From Carcharhinus amblyrhynchos (taxonomy: Eukaryota): a stretch of 64,000 nucleotides of DNA. The stretch lies in the NCBI GenBank assembly GCA_965287045.1, contig OZ336871.1:95480001-95544000 (forward strand), given 5' to 3'. Under the pieces are notes generated by a model that worked only from the letters and a program-made list of their open reading frames with translations, did no database searches and was not told where the DNA came from. The translations under genes were made by a program, and so were the position numbers. Positions 51,336 to 64,000 of the stretch are shown one piece after another (the stretch's first letter is position 1; each line of letters opens with the position of its first letter).

Positions 51336-54189
51336 AAGGTAGGGTAGGTGTTTTAGCAAAATCAACAGGAAGTGAGCCTTAAAGAAATGAACAATATTAA
51401 ACAGTAAATTATTTCAAGGTAAGGTGAAAAATTGAGGTCAAGAAATGATTCTTTCAAAGGAGAGTAACTGATACTTGAGATAAACTGTTGGTGGTCTGTA
51501 GGTTTATTCCTTTGGGAAGATCTTTGTCAACTCTCCATTCTGGAATTTCCGAATCATATAATTTGCTTTGTGTTTGTGGATTTAATGCTGCATTATCAGT
51601 CTGCTGAGTTTCAAATTATGTAATGTAACTTTTGTCAGCACGATTTTCTTTCCAGGCTCTTCAGTTGAAATCTTTAAATGTGGCTTAGAGCAACAATGTC
51701 AGAAGTTGATATTGCTGTCTTAGCTTGAGCAAGTCATGAGCTGTAATTGGGACCACATCCAAAATCAACAACGGGGGTCATATATTAACAGCATGCACCA
51801 ATGTTTAATGTTAAAAATAATGAATAACTTAATTGTAATCAAATCTATGGTGGATTTCATTATCATTCCAGGAAAAAAGATAAAATTGAACAGGGTTATT
51901 TCAATCATTAGTATCTCGAATAGAAGTCTTACTCCGTTGTGTTTTGCCAAACGTGGGTGTTGTGTAACAACTCGCTGTTTCCAATTTATAACACAATGAA
52001 ACTTTTGTGAACTTATGAATCAAAATGCCAGGAAGCAGATGTGCAAACCTCCTTTCCCATAAGTCACCCTTCACTGATAGTTTTATTTCTATCTATGTGA
52101 CTGATACTCATTAGCCGTTTTCAGTTGCTGGTGGAGCCAGAAAGACAATTTTATTAAAAAGCTGCTGCTCTAGATTCATTCTTTATTATTTAATTCCACA
52201 ATATAAACCATATGAATAACTGGATGCCTTTCTGTACCTAGGCAGCCAACTGCTGCTTTAGAATATTTTGCTCTCAGCAGGTTTCCACATTGCTGAAGGT
52301 GACTGGTGACTGAAGTGATTGGAATTAATCTGAGCTATCACTCTGGTGTAAAGAAGTTACACAGAAGGCAAAGCTTTTTTGGTTTGTCTGGACCTGTTTC
52401 TTCCTTGAAGGAAAATATAGTCTTAGGTCATTTCCACTGCCAGAATTCAACGATTATTGAGACTAAATCAAATCAACTTTGGAGTTGTCACAAGCATTTA
52501 CCATGATCACATGCTTCTGTGGAGGATGAAAGCTCGATCAATTCAAACAAAATTTGGAAAATAAAATATGGTCTTCCAGTGACTCTATTGGTGAATGTGT
52601 TGTGTGGCGTAGTGTGCCAGGCATTTACCCATTGACACTTGGAAACCCAAACATCAGGTTGGAACTAGTTCTCAGACAATTTCTTTTAATGTGAATTTTT
52701 CTCTCAGTATAGAGCAGCCCACAGCATGTGGACTGCAGTAATTCAAGAAAGCAGCTCACTACCACCTTCTCAAGGGCAACAAGCAATGGGCAATAAATGC
52801 TGGCCAGCAGCAATGCTCATGTCCCACAAATGAATTTTTAAAAAAAAATTATAGGAATAATAGGAATAGTTTTAATAACTTGTTCATAACTACAGCTCCC
52901 TTTTTTTAGGCAATCACTTTGGTAATGATACTAGGGGAGTCAGAGGGTGAACACCTGAAAGTGGGACCTGCCACTCATATTTCCTGCCCCTATCTTATCA
53001 CTGAACTTCTTGTAGCACTGAATCCAATGCCTGCTGCTTCCAGTCTCAGTGATTGCCAGCCATGCCTGCTTCTTCTATGATGCTGGCCTTTTCTTCCTAC
53101 CCACTGGAAATACTACCTCTCTGCAGATACACACAGCCTCAAGCATCAATCACCTCCAGGGAAGAGTCAGAGAACCGATGGGTTCAGGTGGAGTTGAGAG
53201 TTGGGGGAGGGGGTTGCGGGGGCGGGGGGGAAGGGGAGGGGTGCAGGGGCCAGCCTTCCTATATTTTGTAATTATCCTTTTCCTTCCTGAAACCTATAGA
53301 TCCAATGTAGGATGTGGAAACATAGCCCCTGTCATGGTTCCTTTGAATAGAAATCCTTCATTGTCATCATCACGCCTACACCGTGATTGTTTGGAAAACC
53401 CAGAGTTGGGATGCTAGGGCTGCCCTTGAGTTAAATAGCCCAGCAAAGCCCCCACCCACCCCTATTATAAGACTTGAATCCCTGACTGAATGTCAGCACC
53501 CACTCTATGAGCAAGTTGATTCTGTTAAAATTCTACCCTTTAACTCTTTCCTTCTCCATAGAATCTGTCTGATCTGCTCAATATTTCCAGCATTTTCTAA
53601 TCTTACTTAAGTTTAATAATTGTCCCTTTCATCACTTCCTTAAATCACAAGAATACGGGATTTATGTGAGAAAAACATTCTTGCACATCAATCTTTCCCA
53701 TCATTATGGATAATCCTTCATTCTGACTGATGCTCCAGCATACTCTTTCAAACTCAATTGGGAACATAATTTAGCATATATTAATCAAGCAGGATGTGTG
53801 TCATATTGCACGGTTCATGAGCAATGGTGAAGTTAGAGCCAAAATCTTGATCTAGATGCTTTAGTGTGAGGAGCTGCATAAATTCTATTCTTATTGTTCA
53901 ATAAATCAACTTTATATTATTCAAATTTATAAAGCATACATAGTTAACAATGAATTACAAGGTAATACTTAATTCAGTGGGATAGATTAACTTTGTGCAT
54001 CTGTCAGTCAATTGCATGAGAGCTGTCACCCAAAATGTAAAAAGGAAGTTTCTTTTGCATAAAATGAACCACATCTTTATCAAAATCTGGTTGCAAGCCT
54101 CATTAAAACTGAAATTAACTAATGGTTAATAGCTATGCTTGTCCATTCTGGTAATTTACACACATTGGATCTTGGCGAAGTTGCATTAG

Positions 54190-54411
54190 TCTGACATTAC
54201 CAGTACATTAGTGCTGGGTCAAATGTGTTATGGCTGTTGGAAATACTGAGCGATGCCAAAATCCACTTTCTTCACAGCCTGCCTTAACTTCTCCAGTGGC
54301 TCTTTAGCTGAGATTTCACTTTCTACTTTGTGACTTGATGGAGGAAAATTCAACATGCACTATTCCATTACAACCCATCTGTGGTCTGAGATCACCGATA
54401 GTGCTAAAAGC
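54190..54411 (-). pseudogene. Relic GREB1-like exon (GFSGNC..EFSNH region)
   Basis: Acceptor ttttcccataattgccttttgaccgtag; MGCNGIVHVEFS vs VGCGKKGFCYFTEFS. The 3' end is approximate. Confidence 0.5.
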
Positions 54412-54889
54412 CTACGGTCAAAAGGCAATTATGGGAAAAGAGCTGAGATTTTTTGAAATTATCAACAGAATTGTTGATCACATCAAGCTTATAGATTTAT
54501 CAGTCCATTGTTTTTTTTCAGCTCCCTACTGCAGTAAATAAATATTTTCTCTCATATATTTTCAAGGTCAACCATCAATGATTTTCACTGAAATTTATTT
54601 ATGCCATATTAAAAAAAATTCTGGGAACATCAACATCTTTATTTATTGCAACTGAACAACTTGAACAGCGCCTAATATAAAACCCTGAAGGTCAGTCTTC
54701 CTTTATTGTAACCTTTAGATCTAGTTTTGGTGATCTGAGTTTCATACCTCTGTAGTCTATTGTCAATTGCCTGATTTAGAATACTGTGGTTGATCACATA
54801 TATTATGATTAAAAATTGCTACCCTTGGCAGTTAACATGTTCATACAATTCATTCATCAAACAGTTTTAACAGAAGAACATAACTTCTT

Positions 54890-57660
54890 CCGTAATGCAT
54901 GTGCAGAACTTGGATGTGGTTGCAGTGACAGAGACTTGTTAAAGAAGGACAGGACTGGCAGCTGAATATTCCGGGGTATAAGTGTTTTAGGTGAGACAGA
55001 GAAGGGGCTAGAAGGGGTGGGGGAGTAGCAATGCTGGTTAGGGAGCATATTGTAGCAGTACAGAAGGTGGACAATTTGGAAGGATCATGTAACGAGACAC
55101 TGTGGGTAGAGCTCAGAAACAGGAAGGCTAGAGTCATTTCCTGCGGGTACACTACAGGCCTCCCAACAGCTCATGGAAAGTTGAAGAATGGATATGTAAG
55201 GAGATTCTGGACAGGTGTAGAGAAAAGTAGGGTTGTTGTAGCGGGAGACTTTAATTTCCCTCATATAGACTGGAAATCCCTTAAGGCTGGGAGTCTGGAT
55301 GGGGAGGAATTAGTAAAATATGTCCAGGAAGGTTCTTTGGAACAATATGTTGATAGTCCTACTAGAAAGAGAGCTATACTAGACCTAGTACTAGGAAATG
55401 AGTCCAGTTAGGTCATCAAAGTTTCCATGGGGGAACATGTGGCAAAAAGTGACCACGATTCTGTAAACTTTTAGATAGCCATGGAAAAGGATGAGTGTTG
55501 TCCTATGGGTAAGGTGCTGAACTGGGGGAAGGCTAACTACAGCCGGATCAGGCAGGATTCAGTGGCTGTTGATTGGGAGAGGCTGTTTGAGGGTAAATCC
55601 ACATCTGGCATGTGGGAGTCTTTTAAGGAGCAGTTAATAGGAGTGCAGGACAGGCATGTGCATGTAAAAAGAAAGGACAGGAAAGGTAGGATTCGAGAGC
55701 TGTGGATAACCAGAGAAATTGTGGGTCTAATAAAAAAAAAGAGGCATACATAAGGTCCAGGCAGTTAAAAACAGATGAAGCACAGGAGGAATACAGGAAA
55801 AGTAGAAAATAACTCAAACAGGGAGTTAGAAAGGCAAAAAGGGGTCACAAAATGTCTTTGGCAGACTGGATTAAGGAAAATCCCAAGGCATTTTATACAT
55901 ACGTTAGGAACAAGAGGGTTGTCAGAGAAAGAATCAGACGTCTCAAGAACAAAGGAGGGGAATTTTGCTTAGAACTCAAGGAAGTAGGTGAGATCCTAAA
56001 TGAATACTTTGCATCAGTGTTCACAAAGGAGAGGGACACGTTGGTTGATAGTGTCTCAGAAGGATGTGTAGATCCGTTAGAACAAAAAACAATTACAAGG
56101 GAAGAAGTGTTAGGTGATTTAGGAAGCATTAAGGTAGACAAATCCCAAGGGCCAGATGGCATCTGTCCCAGATTACTGAGAGAGACATGAGATGAAATTG
56201 CTGGGCCTCTAACAGAAATCTTTGTTTCATCATTGGACATAGGTGAGTCCCAGAGGATTAGAGGGTAGCAAATGTGGTCCCATTATTTAAGAAGGGTAGC
56301 AAAGATAACCCAGGTAATTATGGGCTAGTGAGCTTGACATCTGTGGTAGGGAAATTGTTGGACAAAATTCTTAGAGATAGGATCTATACAAATTTAGAAC
56401 TGAATAGTCTCATTGGCAATAGACAACATGCTTTTGTATGAGGGAGGTCATGCCTCACAAATTTGGTTGAGTTTTTGAAGAGGTGACAAAAATGATTGAC
56501 GAGGGAAGGGCCATGGATGTCGTCTATATGGATTTTAGTAAAACACTTGATAATGTCCCTCATGGCAGGCTGATGCAAAAGGTTAAATCTCACGGGATCA
56601 AACTTGAACTGGCTAGATGGGTACAGAACTGGCTTGGCCATAGAAGGCAGAGAATAATAGTGCAGGAGTCTTTTTCTGATTGGAGGTCCGCAAGGCTCTC
56701 TACTGGGACCTCTGCTGTTTGTGATATATATAAATGATTTGGAAGAAGATGTAACTGGCCTGATTAGTAAGTTTGCAGACGACACAAAGATTGCTGAAGT
56801 TGCGGATAGTGATGAACATTGTCAGAGATATGGGTTGGCTGGAATATTGGGTGGAGAAATGGCAAATGGAATTTAATCCAGGTAAATGCGAAGTGATGCA
56901 TTTTGATCGATCTAATGCAGGTAGATCTAATTTTACAATAAATGGCAGAACCATCAGGAGTATAGACACACAGAGGGATCTGGGTGTGCAAGTCCACAGA
57001 TCCTTAAAGGTGGCAACACAGGTGGAAAAAGTGGTGAAGAAGTCATATGGCATGCTTACCTTTATTGGACGGGTATAAAAGTTGGCATATGATGTTGCAG
57101 TAACGTTGACATTGGTTAGGCCACATTTGGAATACTGCATCCAGTTCTGGTCACCACATTACCAGAAGGACATGGAGGCTTTGGAGAGAGTGCAGAAAAG
57201 GTTTATCAGGATGTTGCCTGGTATGGAGAGTCTTAGCTATGAGGTGAGATTGAGTAAACTAGGGTTGTTCTCCCTGGAAAGACGGAGGTTGAGGGGCAAC
57301 CTAATAGAAGTTTATAAAATTATGAAGGGCATAGTGAACAGTTGGAAGCTTTTTCCCAGGTCGGAAATGACAAACATACGGGGTCACAAGATCAAGGTAA
57401 GGGGGGCAAAGTTCAATACAGATATGCGGGGGATGTATTTTACACAGAGGGTGGTGGGGTCTGGAATGCACTATCAAGCAAGGTGGTTGAGGCAGACATG
57501 TTAGGATCATTTCAGGCTTATCTAGATAGTCACATGAACAGACTGGGAACAGAGGGATACAAACGGATGGTTTAGTTAGGAACACATGATTGGTGCAGGC
57601 TTGGAGGGCTGAAGGGCCTGTTCCTGTGCTGTATTGTTCTTTGTTCTTTGTGCTTTCTTT
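54890..57660 (+). mobile_element. Decayed CR1 LINE (endonuclease through RT to 3' UTR)
   Basis: VVVAGDFNFPHIDW, LDLVLGNE, MDFSKTLDNVPH, KFADDTK, VRPHLEYC; many frameshifts; ttctttg tail. Confidence 0.93.
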
Positions 57661-57699
57661 GTTCTAAAAACAAGATTTTTTGCAGGAAGATTGCAAGAC

Positions 57700-58625
57700 A
57701 TGGAGATGGTTACAGGGAGGACATTAGGGATGTGGAAAAAGTACTGCGAAGATCCACTATAAAGATACCAGGAATTAAAGGTTATATTTATGAAAATAAT
57801 AAAATATTAAGCTTTTTATGTTGGAACATAGAAGAACATAGGAACAGTTCACAGTTTTCAGAATTGTGAAGAGTTTTGAAAATATAATTACGGAAAGTTT
57901 GTTTCCATCAGTTGTTAATTCAGGAACACCTCAAGGAATATAGTTTGAGAATATTCAGCAAAAAAACAAAAGGGAAGAGTTTGTTCCGACAATGGAGATG
58001 AGAACATCTAGATAGACTGGGAATTTTTTCCCTTGGAGTTCAAGAGGCTTAGGGGTGATCTTATCGAGGTCTATGAAATAATGAGGGGCATAGATCAGCT
58101 TGATAGTCAGTATTTTTTCCCAAAGATGGGGGAGTCTAAAACCAGAGGGCATAGGTTTAAAATGAGAGGGGAGAGATACAAAAGGGTCCTGAGGGGCAAT
58201 TTTTTTCACACAGAGCTGCCAGAGATAACAGTAGAGGTGGGTACAATTTTGTCTTTTAGAAAGCGTTTAGACAGTTACATGGGTAAGATGGCTATAGAGG
58301 GATATGGGCCAAATGTGGACAATTGGGATTAGCTTAGTGGTTCACAAAAGGGGTGGCATGGACAAGTTGAGCCAAAGAGCTGTTTCCATGCTTTAAATCT
58401 CTACAACACTATGACACTCTATGACTCTATAACAATGGATGATTTATTGCAAGTGGCCAGCACATAGAGAACATTACTTTAAATAAGAATTTGGATAAGT
58501 AAATGAAAAGCAAGTATATAAAAGGAAATGGGAAAGTGTAGGAAAACTGAATTATTGTAGATAAGTTTAGAGGTTTAATGAGCTGACTGACATTGTTCTG
58601 TTCTGTCATTTCTCTGATTCTCTAT
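57700..58625 (+). mobile_element. Old CR1 3' end with a younger CR1 3' end nested inside (58010-58430)
   Basis: RLRGDLIEVY and ctctatga tail; the younger copy is the same family as 13817-15895. Confidence 0.75.
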
Positions 58626-59529
58626 GAATAAAGAATGCAGGGAGAAATGAGAATCCTGCAGCAACTAAACTTTATAACATCAGTTTATTGTCCAATTTTT
58701 CAACAATAAAAGACAAAGACATAATTATGCTTAATTAGCGTATTTTCTGTATTAGATAGCATTGGCTTTTTGTCTTTTAATGTATCAAGTTAATTGGCTT
58801 CAGAAGGTAATGAATATGGGGGCAATTGTATGAAGTTATACAGTATGCCATCACAGAATTCTGTAATTAAAACAAAAGGCACTTTTGACACTTTGTTTCA
58901 AAGTGTCAACTCAGGTGGAAAAAGTGGTGGGTAGCCAGTTTCAGTGTTGCCGTTTCCCACTGAATTCTTAAAACTTCTGGAAAAAAAGGAGGTGGGTCCC
59001 ACAACATCACAGTGGCAAGGTAGGTAGCTCCTGAGAGATCAGGGCACCCTTTTAAAAATTTATAAAGGCAAATACAAATCACCCATAAATATGGAATTCC
59101 CCCCACTCTCTTCCACCTCTCCACCTGCAGGAACGGCATTATCGTCCCCACCATGGACACAGCCTCCCATAGACATGGAAGCCTCCCAAAATCTCCCCAG
59201 TGGAAGCCCACCCACTTTCCCCACCCCATCCCCGAAACTGTCCCCTGGCACTGCCCTGATGTGATGTCAAGCCATCAAGAGGAGCTTTCCAGTGGGGGAT
59301 GTTACAGTGGGACAGCTCATGAACTACATTTGCATGTATTGTGTTATGTTACTGGCATGGAGCAGGGTCTTGATTGAGGAATTCCCTTTGGCATAAATGC
59401 CATGTTAATCCTGCTCAATTCTCCACTTCCTCTGTTATTCCCATCTGGCACTTCCTCTGTTATTCCCACTTGGGTGAGAAATCCATCCACCCTGACCCCA
59501 AAGCTTTTTTATTAGATAGCCTTTCTTTT

Positions 59530-61070
59530 AAACATTTACCAAACTGAGTACAGAATGTTCAGAGGGAAATTGAAAAGGTAAATAAGAGAAGTAAAGCGAG
59601 GGTTTGAGAAAAGACTGGAAGGTAACATAAAATGGAATCCAAAAGTCTTCTATAGGAACATAAACTGTAAAAGCATTGTAAAAAGTGGAGCGGGTTTGAT
59701 TAGGATTCAACAAGGGGATTTACATGTGTAGACAAGGGAATAAAGACAACATAACTGAGGTTTTAAAGGAATGGGTTGCTTCAGTTTTTAGCAAAGATGA
59801 TGATGGAACAAAGATGATGATGAAAGAGAACATGATTCAGACACTTGGAGATTTTAAAATTAAGAGAAATTATTGGATACTTAAAGTAGATAAGGCACCA
59901 GGTTTAGACAAGATGCTAAGGGAAGTAAGAGGGGAAACTGCAGAGACACCAGTCATGATTTTCTAATCTTCTTTAGGCTCATGGAGATACCAGAGGGCTG
60001 GAGGATTGTTTGAAAAAGGTGTAAAGATAAGCCCAGAAACTGTCAGTTTAACCTCAGTGTCTGGGAAGCTTCTAGAATTGATAATACAGGACAAAATTGC
60101 CAGGCACTTGGGCTTCCAAAGGGAATTTGATGAAGTGCCACAAAACATATTTGTGAACACAGTTAAAACTAATTGAATGGGAGGAATAGTAGCAACATGA
60201 ATATGAAGTTAGATTAATGACAGTGAGTGGTTAATGATTGTTTTTCAGATTGGAGGAAGGTTTATGGTGGTGTTCCTCAGAGGTCCCTCAGGTCCCTTAT
60301 ATATCTTCCTGATATATGTTAATGACATCAGCCTTGGTGTGCAAGACACTCTTTAAACTTGCAGATGTCATAAACTGTAAGGGCGATAGTGTAGAGCTTC
60401 AAAAATACATATATTGATGGAATGGATGGATAGGTGACAGATGAAATCTAATGCAAAGAAATGTCTAGTGATTCATTTTGATAGTAAAAATGCAGAGAAA
60501 CAATATAAAATAAAGGTACAATTCTAAAGGAGATGCAGAAGCAGAGAGACCTTGGAGTATGTGTGTAATAATCATTGAAGATGGCAGAACAAATAACTGA
60601 GAGATCAGTTAATAAAGCATATGTTATCCTGGCCTTTATCAATAAAGATATTAAGTACAAAAGCAAAGAGGTCATATTAATCCTGTATAGAACATTGATT
60701 TGGCCCATCTGGATATTGTGTCCATTCTAGGCATCAAATTTTAGGAAGATGTGAAGGTATTAAGAGGATACAGTAAAGACTTACAAAAATGGTTCCAGGG
60801 ATGAGGCACATCAGTAACATACGTAGATTGGAGAAGTTGGGACTATTTGAAGAAAAGATTGAGAGATTTGATAGAGGAGTGAAATCATAAGGTTGCCAGA
60901 CAGAGTAGAAACTGTTCCCACTGGTCAAGGATCAAGAACCAGAGGGCACAGATTTAAGGTAATTAGCATAAGGTAACACAAGGAAAAACATTTCTCACAG
61001 CAAGTGGTTAGGATCCAGAATGTATTGTCTGAAAGTGCAGTAGAGGCAAACTCATTTGAAGCATTCAAGA
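59530..61070 (+). mobile_element. Old CR1 LINE
   Basis: KVDKAPGLD, GVPQ and LYRTLI relics with many stops. Confidence 0.8.
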
Positions 61071-61329
61071 TTACCGTGTAGTAGTTAACATAATGTTAAA
61101 TAAAAGGTAGTTTGCAAACAATGTTTCCTCTAGCCTTATCTGTAAACCAAGGACAATGATACCACACACCAGAAAAAAACAACAATACTAAACAGTTGCT
61201 CTGGTTAAAACCAAGAATGGAGAAACCAGTAACAAGTCTGGTGACTCAAAAGGGCAGTGGAGGAAGTGACTGCAGGACACAAACAACATGGAAAAATCTT
61301 CAGTCATACTCCAGGCAAAGCAACAGTAA

Positions 61330-62035
61330 AAGGAAGAGATGAAAAAAATCCTACCTTTACCAGAGTGCTTTGACCAGATGAGAGGCCCAGATCAAACCAG
61401 GACATGGCAAAACTTGCACTGCAGGTTTACCCAAGTAACAGCATTGGGACCATCAGGAAATACTAGCAAGGAGCAGGTTAATATCTTACTATATGGCAAA
61501 GGCAGCAGTGCAGATGATATAATGGTCAGACAAGGCATAAACAAAGAGTCAGCATGACACAAAGAAATTATTAAAGTCTTTGATGTTTATTTTAACTTTT
61601 GGAAAAATGCCATTGTAGAATGAACAAAATTTAATTGGTGCATCCAAAGACTGAGCGAGAGCATTGATTCTTTTACTAATGAACTATATGGATTAGCAGA
61701 AAATTGTAAACACATAACCCTAAAAGATGAATTAATTAGGGACTGTGTTATACTGGAAGCCTTAGAAGAAGCACCGTCTGATTTTTTTGCAGTCATGGGA
61801 AGACTTGACCCTATCAAAAGTGGTACAGATAGCGATGCAGACAGAAGAGAAAAAGCAAAATGGAAGTTTTGTTTTCAAGGCAGAAAAGAAACCATGTGGA
61901 GAAAAGAGGCTGATATAGTCCAAGTCATAGCACAAAACAAAAATTGCACTGGATCTAACCCTAATCAGAGAAAAAGGAAAAAGGGGCCACCATTATTCAG
62001 TGTTGTTGTTGTGGAGGGAAAGGCTATATCGGCAT
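61330..62035 (+). mobile_element. Ty3/Gypsy gag relic
   Basis: EQVNILLY..G..ADDI and ESIDSFTNELYGLAENC...LKDELIRD, typical of Gypsy capsid. Confidence 0.7.
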
Positions 62036-62417
62036 GAAGCACAGCACCACCCTTGAAGCACAGCACCATCCATTGAGCATCATTCATGTGAGAGGCCATT
62101 ATGAATGAACACGTTCTGCAGCAAACACCTTTTAACCAAAACATTAAAGGATATCAGCTTATGTTATTTAGCCACAGTGCAAATATGGAAATAGATTAAT
62201 TTGTCCAATCAACATCACTCAATCAAGTCTGACAAAGGTTAATCTAGATTCAAACCATTGGTTCTATTCTCTTCCCACAGATGCTGTCAGACCTGCTGAG
62301 ATTTTCCACCATTTTCTGTTTTTGTTTCAGATTCCGGCATCCACACGATTTTGCTTTTCGTTTAATCAATAGTTGAATGTTAAAAACCATATATTCACTT
62401 TCTGAGTAAAATAATAT

Positions 62418-62545
62418 GGGGGGAGTAATCCTGTCCCACCCGCCAAGGGAATCGTAGCGGGCTGAGGTGAACCATGCAAAGGTCTGTTGACCTCGGGTGA
62501 GACTTTCCAGTTTTGGGGTGAATATGGCTGGAAAATCCCACCTCT
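62418..62545. mobile_element. Short MITE; related copies at ~23435, 28312, 36955 and 49000
   Basis: About 90-140 bp with imperfect gg..gaatttt / aaaatcccacc-type TIRs, resembling the Harbinger ends. Confidence 0.5.
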
Positions 62546-62999
62546 GTGTCAAAATCAAAGAATTGATTGAGAAAATATTTGATCCAGCTTTCCTTTAAAA
62601 CTGTGTTCAGTGTGTAGGATGTGAACAAGTTTGTTCAAATGTTCACCCCGTAGTAAAGTGAATTTACCTATTTAATAACTTCCCTGCCACAACCAAGTTT
62701 CTGACCTTTTTTTGTTTCTGCTTTGTCTATCATGTAATTAAAAAATCTGCTTCCTGGGGAGAAATCTTACGTGGAACTTTTTGAAATGCAGTACACGTTC
62801 TGTTCCAGTGTTCTTGAATTTAATTACTCTACAAAAATACTGTTTTATCTTCTTGGCTTTAATTTATAAATGGGCGGTATAAAATGGTACCCAACTCAAG
62901 CCACAGTTCAGGTCTAGAGATGATGGAAATGAATGCAATAACATCCTCATCTTTTTAATTGGTCTGTATCAGATGCCATTTGTGCTTTAAATTAATCAT

Positions 63000-63180
63000 T
63001 ATTAAAAGAATTGATTCAGAGAATGGCAACAATTGGTCATCAATACATCAGGAACAGATATCAAACTTGTGACATTGTCAGAGTTGGGTAAATACAACAC
63101 ACCTACTCCGTAAGAGTCAATAGGAGAAGAAATACACCTGTGACTGGCGACGTAAAACATGCTTGTAGCATTAGTGCTGA
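63000..63180 (-). pseudogene. Relic GREB1-like exon (N-terminal domain)
   Basis: ATSMFYVAS vs TTDGFCQAG; VTSLISVPDVL vs VKSPSLPDHL; after a frameshift, IDDQLLP vs VDKRFLP. Confidence 0.55.
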
Positions 63181-63434
63181 TTATTTGCATGGTAATTGTC
63201 AAACATACTGCTATTCGTTGTTCACTATTCTAATTAATGTTACTTGTCCTCTTTGGTGTCGTTATTACTTGATGTGCGTTTTAAAGCTTTCAATGTAAAG
63301 ATGCCATGTACAATCATGTTTTCCTGTCTGATGAAAGTCTTGTTGCCAGGAGCAGCCTGTTCTCTTGTGAAATGTGATACGGTGTGGAGTAATTGGAGAA
63401 GGCGCTGGCTGGGATAGTCAGCTTTCTCTTTGTT

Positions 63435-63697
63435 GGGCTGGGGGTGGTGGGTAGAGAGAGGGAATGGGACGGGTGGGGGGGAGAAGGAGGATATTTTGCT
63501 GTCTAGTGTAACCAAGACTTGATCCTCCTCTGAACTGAGACTTTTACACTGTTCACAGGCTGTGCATTTAGCAGTGTGCCAGGGCAGACAAGAATTACTT
63601 GTTGGAGATACCTGAAAGTATTGATAAGATGATCAAGCGTAAAAGCTCAAAATGACAATTACGTTGGACTCAAAAGGCCGCAAATGAAGCGTCCCAA
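63435..63697 (-). pseudogene. Relic first coding segment of GREB1-like gene
   Basis: TTG GGA ... gives (L)GRFICGLLSPT* vs MGNSYAGQLKTT. About 75 codons later SEED...SPPPVPFPL vs EEE...GPPNPFQL, at similar spacing. Confidence 0.5.
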
Positions 63698-64000
63698 TGT
63701 TGCCTATTAAACTTCTTAATGTATCATTTGTTTTTGCTTATTCATTTCACACAAGGCAAAGGAGACAGCATAAACACTATTCTGTCCTGGTAACTCTAGT
63801 CACTTTCTGAGCTGTGCCAGCATATCACATTTATTTCATTACGATCAATTTTCTCACTGTCTCTGCAATGATCATAAAAGCGCAACCTGTGTAGTTATCC
63901 TCTGCTTCTGGTGATTAAAATAACTGCTGTGCCATAATTTAGCAGTTCCCAGGATCTGTTGCAAATACTGAGGTTATATTTACTGCTGGGGATGACCTAT

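Larger units (their letters stand above)
440..63697 (-). pseudogene. Decayed multi-exon GREB1/GREB1L-family gene (N-terminal half; continues beyond the left edge)
   Basis: About 15 exon-like segments translate to motifs collinear with recalled human GREB1/GREB1L. Many start at pyrimidine-tract AG acceptors. In-frame stops occur at 33036-33038, 32130-32132 and 2102-2104, plus frameshifts and a TE insertion in one exon. Alignments are by eye. Confidence 0.72.

Overview
Eukaryotic, AT-rich, repeat-dense vertebrate DNA. The repeat set (CR1 LINEs, HE1/V-type and Deu-type SINEs, Penelope ends, Rex1, RTE, Harbinger elements and MITEs, LTR/ERV relics) suggests a cartilaginous fish (shark); this is inference. 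I found no intact host protein-coding gene, and the long ORFs in the track are LINE ORF2 pieces. The main hidden structure is a chain of about 15 decayed exon-like segments on the minus strand, from ~63,700 to ~440. Many have good splice acceptors. Their translations match motifs of the N-terminal half of GREB1/GREB1L in the correct order, but carry stops, frameshifts and a TE insertion. I interpret this as an intron-containing pseudogene of a divergent GREB1-family paralog that continues off the left edge. These alignments were made by eye against human sequences recalled from memory and need tBLASTn/HMM confirmation. The introns hold a decayed ERV with a gamma-type env split by a young CR1, a full-length Harbinger relic with nested Penelope and Rex1 insertions, and Penelope-derived hairpins.
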